A stretch of 64,000 nt of DNA from Minisyncoccota bacterium (lineage in GTDB: Bacteria; Patescibacteriota; Minisyncoccia; Phycocordibacterales; PALSA-1337), in NCBI GenBank assembly GCA_028713005.1, contig JAQTPC010000003.1, positions 13,022-77,021 on the forward strand, read 5' to 3'. The notes below the pieces were generated by a model, which was not told where the DNA came from, did no database searches, and was given only the letters and a program-made list of their open reading frames with translations. The position numbers and the translations under genes were made by a program. Each line of letters begins with the position of its first letter. The first letter of the stretch is position 1. Positions 47,298 through 55,713 of the stretch are shown here, piece after piece.

Positions 47298-47579
47298 CTA
47301 GCGATACTCACCTTCCTTTGAATCCCATGGTGGCTCGGGATAATCAGGACGCTCCGTAAAAACAGCTTGGAGACGTAATCTCGGCCGACCCTCTGGAACA
47401 TCAAGAATATGCTTTTCTGCAGGTGGCTGCGCATGAGGAGGACAATGCTCAGTGATTTGAGTGCGGGTGCACGTAGAAAACTCCGGACATAGCTGACATA
47501 ATTTGGCGCTCATAGAATACCTTTCAATAAAACTACCAGACCTAACTATAACTCCACCAGACTGCACCGCAATGCCCAA
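47298..47579 (-). CDS. Small hypothetical Cys-rich protein
   Basis: 93 aa ORF with downstream terminator; CQLCPEFSTCT...HCPPH. Confidence 0.4.
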   Translation of the reverse strand: MGIAVQSGGVIVRSGSFIERYSMSAKLCQLCPEFSTCTRTQITEHCPPHAQPPAEKHILDVPEGRPRLRLQAVFTERPDYPEPPWDSKEGEYR

Positions 47580-47648
47580 CAGTGGATAAGAAAAAACACC
47601 AGTGAATGATCTGGCGCTTTTTCTGTTTACCGATTACTGTTTACTTCC

Positions 47649-49472
47649 CTACGCCACTACCCCATCCTTTCTACCCGCCTTTGATCTATCAGTCGGAGTC
47701 AAAAACTTCTTGCGGAGGCGCACATTGATAGGAGTAATTTCGAGATATTCATCACCACGCATAAGTTCCAAACCTCGTTCAATACTAAGCTCAAACGGAG
47801 GTACGAGCATGAGGGCCTCATCTTTACCGGATGAACGCATGTTCGACATAGCCTTACCCTTACATGGGTTCACGTCCATATCATCACCCTTTGAAGTATC
47901 GCCCACAACCATGCCTTCGTACACCTCAACAGCAGCGCCGATGAAGAGACGTCCACGATCCTGGAGATTCCAGAGAGAGAAGCCGAGAGACTTGCCTGAG
48001 ACCATAGAAGTCATTGAACCTGTTTCGCGCTTTTCGATCTCACCAGCATATGGTTTGAAATCGAGGAAACGACTTGCGAGGATACCCTCACCTTTTGTAT
48101 CGATAACAAACACGTTGCGATACCCGAGGAGACCACGTGTAGGAATCTCAAAGAGGATACGTGACTGACCTTCCTTTGTCTTCATGTCTGTCATGACGGC
48201 CTTGCGCTTGCCGAGCTTGTCGATGATAGCACCAGTGAACTCTTCAGGAATATCGATTGTGAGTTCTTCAAAAGGCTCTGACTTGATCATCTTGCCAGAC
48301 TCATCAGCGATATCTTTGACGATAACCTGTGGCTGAGAAACTTGCATTTCATATCCCTCGCGACGCATATTTTCGAGAAGCACGGCGATGTGGAGTTCAC
48401 CGCGACCGAACACTTTGAAATATTCATTTGCTGAAAAATCCACTTTGAGACCAACGTTGATCTCAAGCTCTTTTTCGAGACGCTCACGGATCTGACGACC
48501 TGTGACGAACTTACCTTCCCTACCTGCGAATGGTGAGTTGTTAACGAGGAAGTTGAGACTGATAGTAGGCTCATCGATCTTGATAGTTGGGAGAGCTTCT
48601 GTCGCTTCATTATCTACGAGAGTTTCCCCAATATAGATATCAGGCAAACCTGCAACAGTGACAATGTCACCTGCAAAAGCTTCTTTGACTTCAACGCGCT
48701 TTTTTCCTTCAAAAGTGAAAAGCTTTGTAATCTTTCCGGTAAATGTCTTTCCGTTGATATCTTTGACCCAGAGACTCTGTCCATCTTTGATAGAACCATC
48801 ATAAACACGACAAACACCGAGACGACCGAGGAAGTTGTCGTAACCGAGGTTAAATACCTGAGCCTTGAGTGGTAAGTTTGCCTGCTCAGCAGTATTTGCA
48901 GGAGCAACATGTGAAAGGATACAGTCGAGGAGCGGAGTGAGGTCTTTTGACTCATCAGCGAGACTCATCTTTGCAATACCCTGACGGCCGATAGCATAGA
49001 CAGTTGGAAAATCGATCTGAGCATCATGCGCACCGAGTTCGATGAAGAGTTCGAGGACTTGTTCATGGACGAGGTTTGGGTTTGCCGCTGGCTTGTCGAT
49101 CTTATTAATGATGACAATAGGTTTGAGACCGAGCTCGAGCGACTTCTTCAAAACAAAACGAGTCTGTGGCATAGGACCTTCCTGTGCATCAACAACAAGT
49201 AGAACTGTGTCGATAGAACGAAGAACGCGTTCAACCTCAGAACCGAAGTCGGCGTGACCAGGAGTGTCAACGATGTTGATCTTTGTGCCCTTGTAGATGA
49301 CTGAGGTATTCTTTGCGTAAATAGTGATACCGCGCTCTTGTTCGAGGGCGTTTGAGTCCATACTTCCCTCATCACCGTGACCACACTGAGTCATGATGGC
49401 ATCAGTAAGAGTAGTCTTACCGTGGTCCACGTGAGCGATGATAGCTATGTTACGTATTTCTTGCTTGTCCAT
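47649..49472 (-). CDS. typA: Translational GTPase TypA/BipA (start trimmed to MDKQEIRNIAIIAHVDHGKTT)
   Basis: 607 aa; GTP-binding AHVDHGKTT, DTPGH, NKID motifs; EF-G-like domains. Confidence 0.9.
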   Translation of the reverse strand: MDKQEIRNIAIIAHVDHGKTTLTDAIMTQCGHGDEGSMDSNALEQERGITIYAKNTSVIYKGTKINIVDTPGHADFGSEVERVLRSIDTVLLVVDAQEGPMPQTRFVLKKSLELGLKPIVIINKIDKPAANPNLVHEQVLELFIELGAHDAQIDFPTVYAIGRQGIAKMSLADESKDLTPLLDCILSHVAPANTAEQANLPLKAQVFNLGYDNFLGRLGVCRVYDGSIKDGQSLWVKDINGKTFTGKITKLFTFEGKKRVEVKEAFAGDIVTVAGLPDIYIGETLVDNEATEALPTIKIDEPTISLNFLVNNSPFAGREGKFVTGRQIRERLEKELEINVGLKVDFSANEYFKVFGRGELHIAVLLENMRREGYEMQVSQPQVIVKDIADESGKMIKSEPFEELTIDIPEEFTGAIIDKLGKRKAVMTDMKTKEGQSRILFEIPTRGLLGYRNVFVIDTKGEGILASRFLDFKPYAGEIEKRETGSMTSMVSGKSLGFSLWNLQDRGRLFIGAAVEVYEGMVVGDTSKGDDMDVNPCKGKAMSNMRSSGKDEALMLVPPFELSIERGLELMRGDEYLEITPINVRLRKKFLTPTDRSKAGRKDGVVA

Positions 49473-49536
49473 GTAATAAAATGAGGTTAATAAGGTTTTT
49501 GTAGTTGCACCGAAGTTGAGGGATAATTTAAACAAA

Positions 49537-49560
49537 AAAAATGACCGAAGTCAAGCAGTG
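49537..49560 (-). terminator. Short intrinsic terminator (tgac-UUCG-gtca + U8) between structured RNA and bipA
   Basis: 4-6 bp stem with UUCG tetraloop followed by TTTTTTTT on minus strand. Confidence 0.45.
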
Positions 49561-49745
49561 TCTTTATGACAACAAGAAAACCGCCAAGGAGACGGGATCT
49601 TGCAGTCGGAGTCACATGGACCCAACGTACCCCTTCTGCATCGAACGTTAGCCGTTCGAGCATTATCGCGGCCTAGACCTTTCGGTTGGCCAGTAACCCT
49701 GGGTATCTAATCCAGGATCCACCTTGGCGGCACATGTCACGAGTG
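49561..49745 (-). ncRNA. Structured RNA upstream of bipA (leader or independent sRNA) containing a 16S rRNA h24 790-loop mimic hairpin
   Basis: Long-range stem ccgccaagg/ccttggcgg plus ggatc/gatcc; internal GAAA tetraloop hairpin; cgaacg-gctaa-cgttcg hairpin; CCUGG-AUUAGAUAC-CCAGG hairpin identical in loop to the 16S 790 loop. Confidence 0.35.
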
Positions 49746-49805
49746 CATACAGTAATCTAGTTACACGAATGCTTTACGTAACTTCAAAATAAACAATACC
49801 ACCCC

Positions 49806-50051
49806 TTAGAAGAAAATAACATACGTCGACCACAGGATAGCGAGCATGAGAATAAATGGTATGAAGATATTCCTCAATGACTGCTTTGGTGATACTGATG
49901 CATGATCTTTGAACATGTAATAGATGAGAAATACTGTGACAACAGCGACGAAAATACCCCAGTTCCGATGTGGATACCATGCATATTTCACATCGATGAT
50001 ACCGAGCGCTGATATAATGAATGGAAGAAGCCTCCCAAATCGAGGAATCAT
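49806..50051 (-). CDS. Small hypothetical membrane protein
   Basis: 81 aa; 2-3 TM. Confidence 0.4.
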   Translation of the reverse strand: MIPRFGRLLPFIISALGIIDVKYAWYPHRNWGIFVAVVTVFLIYYMFKDHASVSPKQSLRNIFIPFILMLAILWSTYVIFF

Positions 50052-50088
50052 ATGCTTCTATTGTAACAAATCTACAGAAAAGGAGATA

Positions 50089-51006
50089 TTAAAATTGATC
50101 GGCAATACCCAATTCCTTACATGCATTCTTGAAGTCTTTTGGTAGAGGTGCCTCAACCTTCATCTTCTCCCCTTTTACGGTTGTAAACTCAATGGAACGA
50201 GCATGGAGTGCAGTACGTTCAAATCCAAGCATCATGGGGCGATTTGGTGCGTAGAGAGTGTCTCCTACGACTGGATGCTGTATCGCTGAAAAGTGCACAC
50301 GGATCTGGTGAGTACGTCCTGTACGAGGTTCTGCTTCCATGAGAGTGAATCGTTGCTTGCTCTCTGTGGCATCCATGTTTCTTCCTGATGATGCCGTGAG
50401 CTTCATAGGAACAACGACGGTGGCGAGCTTTGTCCAATACGTCTCAGCTTCGCGCTCTACTCCGCGACTGCCACGACTCGCTGAATATCGACGAAAATCT
50501 GAACCACTACGTCCAATCGGACGAGTGATAGTACCGAACTCTTCTTTGAGATCACCCCAGACGAATGCAACGTACTTCTTTTTCATTGTTCTATCTTGAA
50601 ACTGTTGTTTGAGATGCGCATGACCTTTTGCTGTCTTTGCAATGAGAAGCACGCCTGACGTTTCGCGGTCGAGACGATGGACAATACCGGGACGAATGAT
50701 CTCAGTTCCATCTGGAGTACGAGAAGGCTCCCCTACGTTCTTTGTTCGGGGAAACTCCTTTACTACCCAGTCAGTAATGAATGGCCCTGGTGCACGGCCG
50801 TCAGGATGTACCATAAGACCAGCAGGCTTGTCGATCGCCACAATGTCAACATCCTCATAGAGGATAGTGATCTTTGGGATCTTCATTGCTTTGCGGGGAG
50901 CGCTCTGTTGCGTCTTTTTTGATGACTTATTGCTCATATGATGAATATACGCTATTGTATCGGGTAAGGCAAAGTTCTGGTCAAAAATTTCTTTAGGCTT
51001 CGCCAA
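50089..51006 (-). CDS. RluA-family pseudouridine synthase (true start may be internal, e.g. MSNKSS at 50937)
   Basis: RluA catalytic motif HRLDRETSGVLLIAKT; no S4 domain. Confidence 0.8.
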   Translation of the reverse strand: MAKPKEIFDQNFALPDTIAYIHHMSNKSSKKTQQSAPRKAMKIPKITILYEDVDIVAIDKPAGLMVHPDGRAPGPFITDWVVKEFPRTKNVGEPSRTPDGTEIIRPGIVHRLDRETSGVLLIAKTAKGHAHLKQQFQDRTMKKKYVAFVWGDLKEEFGTITRPIGRSGSDFRRYSASRGSRGVEREAETYWTKLATVVVPMKLTASSGRNMDATESKQRFTLMEAEPRTGRTHQIRVHFSAIQHPVVGDTLYAPNRPMMLGFERTALHARSIEFTTVKGEKMKVEAPLPKDFKNACKELGIADQF

Positions 51007-51009
51007 AAG

Positions 51010-51086
51010 AAATCTTTTGATCCGAATTCCGTAAAATCGGAATTCGGGCGATTAGCTGTCTTGGTAGAAATGCAAAAGTATGTCAT
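51010..51086 (+). promoter_or_regulatory. tRNA-Val upstream region: GATCCGAATT motif, 10-bp palindrome ccgaattccg/cggaattcgg, and a degenerate copy of the first ~25 nt of tRNA-Val
   Basis: gggcgattagctgtcttggtaga (51047-51069) vs tRNA 5' gggcgattagctcagttggtaga; 15-mer cttttgatccgaatt shared with tRNA-Leu upstream. Confidence 0.4.
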
Positions 51087-51159
51087 GGGCGATTAGCTCA
51101 GTTGGTAGAGCAATCCATTTACACTGGAAAGGTCACAGGTTCGAGTCCTGTATCGCCCA
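51087..51159 (+). tRNA. tRNA-Val (TAC)
   Basis: Manual cloverleaf: acceptor GGGCGAT/ATCGCCC, D GCTC/GAGC, anticodon loop TTTACAC, T ACAGG-TTCGAGT-CCTGT. Confidence 0.85.
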
Positions 51160-51164
51160 CAGAA

Positions 51165-51197
51165 ACAAAAAACCACCGCTTGGTGGTTTTTTGTTTT
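51165..51197 (+). terminator. Intrinsic terminator after tRNA-Val (aaaaaaccacc gctt ggtggtttttt)
   Basis: GC stem extended by A/T pairs, T-tract. Confidence 0.6.
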
Positions 51198-51211
51198 ACT
51201 GTAACTCTCTA

Positions 51212-51436
51212 TTACATCTGTGCAGGAGTTGCAGGTGCTGATGTCTCACAATGCTTACAATCTTTCTTGTGTGTAACGACAAGATAGATCGCAGAGAGAC
51301 CTACGATAATATAGATAATCTTTGCGATCATCATACCTACAAGGTCAGCGACTCCCCAATCAAAGATACCGACGAGGAGCCAGTTCAAACCACCGATAAT
51401 AACGAGGATAAACGCAATAGCGTGTGCTACTTTCAT
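51212..51436 (-). CDS. DUF378-family small membrane protein
   Basis: 74 aa; GGLNWLLVGIF motif typical of DUF378. Confidence 0.55.
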   Translation of the reverse strand: MKVAHAIAFILVIIGGLNWLLVGIFDWGVADLVGMMIAKIIYIIVGLSAIYLVVTHKKDCKHCETSAPATPAQM

Positions 51437-51544
51437 ATTAGTGAATTATTAACTGATAATGACAATTTACCTGTATCAATTGTATCACAACACCACCTGA
51501 GCAAAAGTCAGATATACACATGATATCAACATATTATGCACAAC

Positions 51545-51610
51545 TTGGTCCTCCTGGTTGGAATCGAACCAACATCAACGGCTTAGAAGTCCGCTGTTCT
51601 ATCCATTGAA
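51545..51610 (-). tRNA. tRNA-Arg (TCT), encoded CCA; two non-canonical pairs
   Basis: Acceptor CCTCCCG/CAGGAGG (one C.A mismatch), D GTTC/GAAC, anticodon loop CTTCTAA, T GTTGG-TTCGATT-CCAAC, 3' ACCA. Confidence 0.6.
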
Positions 51611-51961
51611 CTACGGGAGGGAGGGATCTTTAGGGCCAACATAGCCTTTACCTAACATTACCCTCTCATTGGTACGAGCGTCAAATGTGGTGATGATACT
51701 TTTCAGTTTAACGACATCAAAATTTGCTGCAGCTGCTGATGCAGGAAGTATGCTTCCTTGAGAATTGAGCTCGGCTTGAGTCTCAACATAGACATACCCC
51801 CCAACCCCAATGAGTGCCCCCGCAATCAAACAAGTTGCCAGTATGATCAGTGCCCAATCCGCAAACGCATCATTACCGATAAGTGACGAATACTTTACAT
51901 ATCCTGCCTGCATCTTGGCAGGATTATTTTTCTTTTGTAAAAATGGAAATGGGTTTTTCAT
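51611..51961 (-). CDS. Hypothetical membrane protein (pilus-cluster associated)
   Basis: 116 aa; one TM; immediately downstream of pilO-like gene. Confidence 0.4.
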   Translation of the reverse strand: MKNPFPFLQKKNNPAKMQAGYVKYSSLIGNDAFADWALIILATCLIAGALIGVGGYVYVETQAELNSQGSILPASAAAANFDVVKLKSIITTFDARTNERVMLGKGYVGPKDPSLP

Positions 51962-51966
51962 AAATA

Positions 51967-52536
51967 TTATTGGGTAACAGCTGACGCTGCAGTTACGAGA
52001 ACTGCGGCTTGTAAATCAAGAGATATTGTCCACATAACCTGTTTTTTTTCATCTGGTGCACTGCTACTGAGACGCACGTGGCTTATTGAAGCGGCATACG
52101 GCATTTGTTCTGAGAGCGCCAATAGACGCATGACTGAACCCCACGTACCAGCTCCATCGATATGTGCACGAGCATGACCTATCGTTCCTGGCTCCGCATT
52201 GGTGAGTGGATCTGAGTCGATACCTGTAAGCGAGACTGTCGTACCTGACTGTGGGCCCAGTGATTCAAGGCTTGTAATAAAAGAAACTACATTATCAGAT
52301 GGAATAAAGAAGTTAGGGAGTTGCGCTCGATCAAATGCGCTATCTGAGGCTATGACTGACAATTTTTTTGCTTGTGTCTGGTCATTTTGTTCAGTGATGA
52401 CAATGTCGCGTGCAAGACCCGCTCGGTTTATAGAAACTGATGTTGCTTGATACATGTATCCATACAGTGCTGCCACCACGAGCGTGACCGCTATAGCAAA
52501 AATAAGTAATGGAATGTGACTGTGGGAATGTTTCAT
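51967..52536 (-). CDS. PilO-like type IV pilus assembly protein
   Basis: 189 aa; N-terminal TM then periplasmic domain; position after pilM/pilN-like genes. Confidence 0.4.
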   Translation of the reverse strand: MKHSHSHIPLLIFAIAVTLVVAALYGYMYQATSVSINRAGLARDIVITEQNDQTQAKKLSVIASDSAFDRAQLPNFFIPSDNVVSFITSLESLGPQSGTTVSLTGIDSDPLTNAEPGTIGHARAHIDGAGTWGSVMRLLALSEQMPYAASISHVRLSSSAPDEKKQVMWTISLDLQAAVLVTAASAVTQ

Positions 52537-53108
52537 CAGAGTGTTTCTGTTACTACGATTGAGAAGTTAATATTCGTATCTTTGGTGAGAGCCGATATTG
52601 GCAAATCAACTACAACTTTTTTTGCTACACCATTTAATCGACTCTTAAATGCGAGAAGATCGGCACGAGTTGGAGCAATACCAGACAAAGCAACTTTCAT
52701 TGTTGAAGGTGCAGTATATTCAAATGAAAGCGCTGTAAGCGTCACTGCGCCACGTACATTAACAATCGCTTCAATAGACTGAGAGAAGGGGCTCGGTTGC
52801 ACATATCCTGTGAGCGAAGCAACTAATGTTGCACTTTGTCCGAGCTGCTTTTGTGTTGCTGCAATAGATGTAGCGTCAACGCTCTTTTTGAAAGCGGCAA
52901 CTTGCTCGAGATGGACCTGTTCTGCTAAAACCGAATATATATATGCAGGAAAAAGAGATCCTACGCCAACAATAATTGCGATTGAGAGAAAGAAAAGAAA
53001 AACGATCAAGACTCTCAGACGATACTCTCGCTTTATCCCCTGTTGTTCTATGTATGGTAAGAAAGTATAACTCATAACATTATAATGCGAGGCCAGCAGC
53101 CGGCGCAT
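52536..53108 (-). CDS. PilN-like type IV pilus assembly protein
   Basis: 190 aa; N-terminal basic segment then TM then periplasmic coiled region; overlaps pilM-like gene 3' end. Confidence 0.45.
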   Translation of the reverse strand: MRRLLASHYNVMSYTFLPYIEQQGIKREYRLRVLIVFLFFLSIAIIVGVGSLFPAYIYSVLAEQVHLEQVAAFKKSVDATSIAATQKQLGQSATLVASLTGYVQPSPFSQSIEAIVNVRGAVTLTALSFEYTAPSTMKVALSGIAPTRADLLAFKSRLNGVAKKVVVDLPISALTKDTNINFSIVVTETL

Positions 53109-54036
53109 ACTCGAACGAATCTTCTTTTAAGATTGGTGGGACGTAATGATTCGTATTAAAAATACCACGCCACACATCGACCACTTCAACTGGTAACGGT
53201 TCAGCCAACTTGGTTCTGAGCATACCCGCCACTCGCTCAGCATCATGCCCTACTATAACCACCTTTTTTATTGGAGACCCCACGTGCTCATTTTTTGCGA
53301 ACCAGTACGTGTTGACGCGTGCAACTTCGGCCGCAAGCGTCTCAGTATATGATGCAGGATTAACTTCTTCAGACCCAACAGATATGGTCGAGGTAAATCC
53401 GACAGCATGCTGAGAAACAATATATATACCTGTTTTATGTTTCATTGTATGTACTACCAACACATCCTCTTCTTGGCTTGAAGACACTACACGTGCAATG
53501 GCACGCGGTATAGTCTCAAAAGAGACAGGGGTGATACCTGCCCCGCGGAACAATTCCATCATATGCTCGATATAAGTCCGTGGCACAGCTGAAACGCTCG
53601 CTTTCCATGATCTACTGTTTTCACCAGTCAAAATATCAAATGCGAACACTGCATCCGCAGCCGAAAGTGGAATATTTTCTTCAAGCTTGAACTCAATATT
53701 CTGACTAATAGTACGAAAATCGCCATAAGGTACCTCTGCCTCAAACAAATATGCCTTTTCTTCTGGTATAGAAACTTTTGCGTAGCTGATACCATGCTCT
53801 TTGACAAGTTCAGCCAAGATAGTAATGAGTTGGTTTTCATCTTTAACATCGCCACCTTCTATGACTCCCACAGGAAGCGGAACGTGCGCATATTTTGTAA
53901 TCAATCGCTCACCAACGGGTCTAGAATACTCGACAAAAGAGATAGCGTCGTCAGAGATATCGATACCAACATGTGGCATCAAGAGGAATTTTGGAGGAGG
54001 AAATAGTTTAAAGAAAAGCGATGAGTGCATCAGCAC
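53080..54036 (-). CDS. pilM: Type IV pilus assembly ATPase-fold protein PilM-like (actin-like)
   Basis: 318 aa; N-terminal HVGIDISDDAISFVEY (actin/Hsp70-fold phosphate-1 motif). Confidence 0.6.
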   Translation of the reverse strand: MLMHSSLFFKLFPPPKFLLMPHVGIDISDDAISFVEYSRPVGERLITKYAHVPLPVGVIEGGDVKDENQLITILAELVKEHGISYAKVSIPEEKAYLFEAEVPYGDFRTISQNIEFKLEENIPLSAADAVFAFDILTGENSRSWKASVSAVPRTYIEHMMELFRGAGITPVSFETIPRAIARVVSSSQEEDVLVVHTMKHKTGIYIVSQHAVGFTSTISVGSEEVNPASYTETLAAEVARVNTYWFAKNEHVGSPIKKVVIVGHDAERVAGMLRTKLAEPLPVEVVDVWRGIFNTNHYVPPILKEDSFEYAPAAGLAL

Positions 54037-54043
54037 TATTGTA

Positions 54044-54637
54044 TCATATTCTTTTTCTGAAAATCTCTCTCAATGTTGGTGTTGCTGATACGACAATGAT
54101 CACAATGACCATCGGTATGATATATCTATCTGGATTGGGGATAAGACTGCCAAATACATACCCTAGAAGAACCATTCCCCATGTCCACAGAAATGCACCG
54201 ATAATATTGAAAGTTAAAAAAACCTTATATGGCATCATGCCTACCCCGGCAACGATTGGAGCAAATGTTCTGATGATCGGTAGAAAACGAGCAAGTATTA
54301 TGGTTTTCTTGCCATGTTTTTCATAAAAATGCTGTGCGCGGGAAATATGTTCTTTATTAAATAAAACAGAATTTTCCTTAGTAAAAATTGCGGGGCCGAT
54401 TTTCTTTCCAAAAGCATACCCGACACTATCCCCTATCACTGCCGCCACGAAAGTACCGATAAGAAGCCATACGAGTGGAAGATGATGCTCCGAAGCCAAA
54501 AGACCTGCGGTGAACAACAATGAGTCACCAGGAAGAAAAAAACCAAAAAAAAGTCCAGTCTCAGCAAAAACAATACCGATGACACCAATAAGCCCTGCTA
54601 CTGCGATAAGTGTTTGGGGATTTAAAAATGAAAGCAT
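54044..54637 (-). CDS. DedA-family (SNARE-associated) membrane protein
   Basis: 197 aa; DedA motif GFFLPGDSLLFTAGLLAS. Confidence 0.8.
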   Translation of the reverse strand: MLSFLNPQTLIAVAGLIGVIGIVFAETGLFFGFFLPGDSLLFTAGLLASEHHLPLVWLLIGTFVAAVIGDSVGYAFGKKIGPAIFTKENSVLFNKEHISRAQHFYEKHGKKTIILARFLPIIRTFAPIVAGVGMMPYKVFLTFNIIGAFLWTWGMVLLGYVFGSLIPNPDRYIIPMVIVIIVVSATPTLREIFRKRI

Positions 54638-54660
54638 GGAGAGATTATAACACTCCTGCC

Positions 54661-55056
54661 CTATTTATTTTTATGACTGTCTAAATATGACTGAAGTATG
54701 AGAGCGGCGGCTGATGCGTCAGTATTTTGCGTCTTGCCTTGAAATCGTTCTGCTTGCTGACTTGTCATGAATTCAAGTTCAAGATGAACAGTGAGATTAT
54801 GTTTCTCTAATTCTTTTTTCAATTCCAAAACATCTGGCAAGATCTTATTTGCAACGCCTTTATAGTCACGCGACTCACCGACAATAACCTTCTGTACTGC
54901 ATTTGCCGTAGCAATTGAAATAATTGCATCTATAACGGATTGTTTTTTTGAAATGGAATTTTGTAAAACAGAATGAGGTAACGCAAATTGCGCATTGGGA
55001 TCAGAGATCGCTATACCAATGCGTTTAGTTCCGTAATCTATTCCAAGTATTCTCAT
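54661..55056 (-). CDS. ruvX: Holliday-junction resolvase-like RNase RuvX/YqgF
   Basis: 131 aa; N-terminus MRILGIDYGTKRIGIAISD. Confidence 0.85.
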   Translation of the reverse strand: MRILGIDYGTKRIGIAISDPNAQFALPHSVLQNSISKKQSVIDAIISIATANAVQKVIVGESRDYKGVANKILPDVLELKKELEKHNLTVHLELEFMTSQQAERFQGKTQNTDASAAALILQSYLDSHKNK

Positions 55057-55060
55057 TGTG

Positions 55061-55147
55061 CGGATGGGGTGAGATTCGAACTCACGGCCCCCTTGCGAGG
55101 GCGACGGTTTTCAAGACCGTTGCCTTAGACCGCTCAGCCACCCATCC
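55061..55147 (-). tRNA. tRNA-Ser (TGA), long variable arm
   Basis: Acceptor GGATGGG/CCCATCC, anticodon stem ACGGT/ACCGT loop CTTGAAA, variable arm CGCCCTCGCAAGGGGGCC, T GTGAG-TTCGAAT-CTCAC. Confidence 0.85.
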
Positions 55148-55247
55148 TTCGAACTGCGGTCCATGCATAATTGCACAAATTACTACAAAATTCAATCTAT
55201 TACTTTATTCACAACCATTCAACATATAAGAATGCTATAATTTCGAC

Positions 55248-55712
55248 ATGGCTACCGAAGCTCTCATCTCATGGCAAGCGCCCGCACATTTCTATGTTGA
55301 AAAGAAACCTGATTGGTATTGGGCAGTGGGTATCATCACTCTTTCTTTGGCAGCTGTGTGTGTTATTTTTGGTTCTATTATCCCAGGTATTTTCGTCGTT
55401 GTTGCAGCTGTAGCTCTCGTACTCCATGCATCACATCCACCAAAGTTAGTGCGCTATGAAATAAATGACCGCGGCATTGTCGCAGATAATACTCTCTACC
55501 CTTTTCTCACGCTTGAAGCTTTTTGGATTCCTCATGACGAAGTTCCTCATAAGCTTATATTGAAATCACACAAGCTAGTCATGCCTCTTTTGGTCATATA
55601 TATAGAAGAAGTCGATCCAGAAGAAGTTCGTGAGATTCTTTTGAAGTATATTGCTGAGACTGAACAACATGAACCGTTTTTGAAACACCTCTTAGAGGGA
55701 TTCGGCTTCTAA
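55248..55712 (+). CDS. Hypothetical membrane protein
   Basis: 154 aa; two TM helices near N-terminus. Confidence 0.45.
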   Translation: MATEALISWQAPAHFYVEKKPDWYWAVGIITLSLAAVCVIFGSIIPGIFVVVAAVALVLHASHPPKLVRYEINDRGIVADNTLYPFLTLEAFWIPHDEVPHKLILKSHKLVMPLLVIYIEEVDPEEVREILLKYIAETEQHEPFLKHLLEGFGF

Positions 55713-55713
55713 A

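Noticed and set aside
47473-49535. Long bipA ORF start (49535) and overlapping antisense ORFs 47602..48168, 48287..48610, 48614..48955
   Set aside because: BipA homology begins at MDKQEIRN (49472); the antisense ORFs lie inside the well-supported typA gene.
49697-49716. 13-nt exact identity to 16S rRNA (GGATTAGATACCC / 806R primer region) as a possible rRNA gene fragment
   Set aside because: Only the hairpin loop and closing pairs match; flanking sequence has no 16S similarity, so not an rRNA gene or pseudogene; kept as a possible functional mimic.
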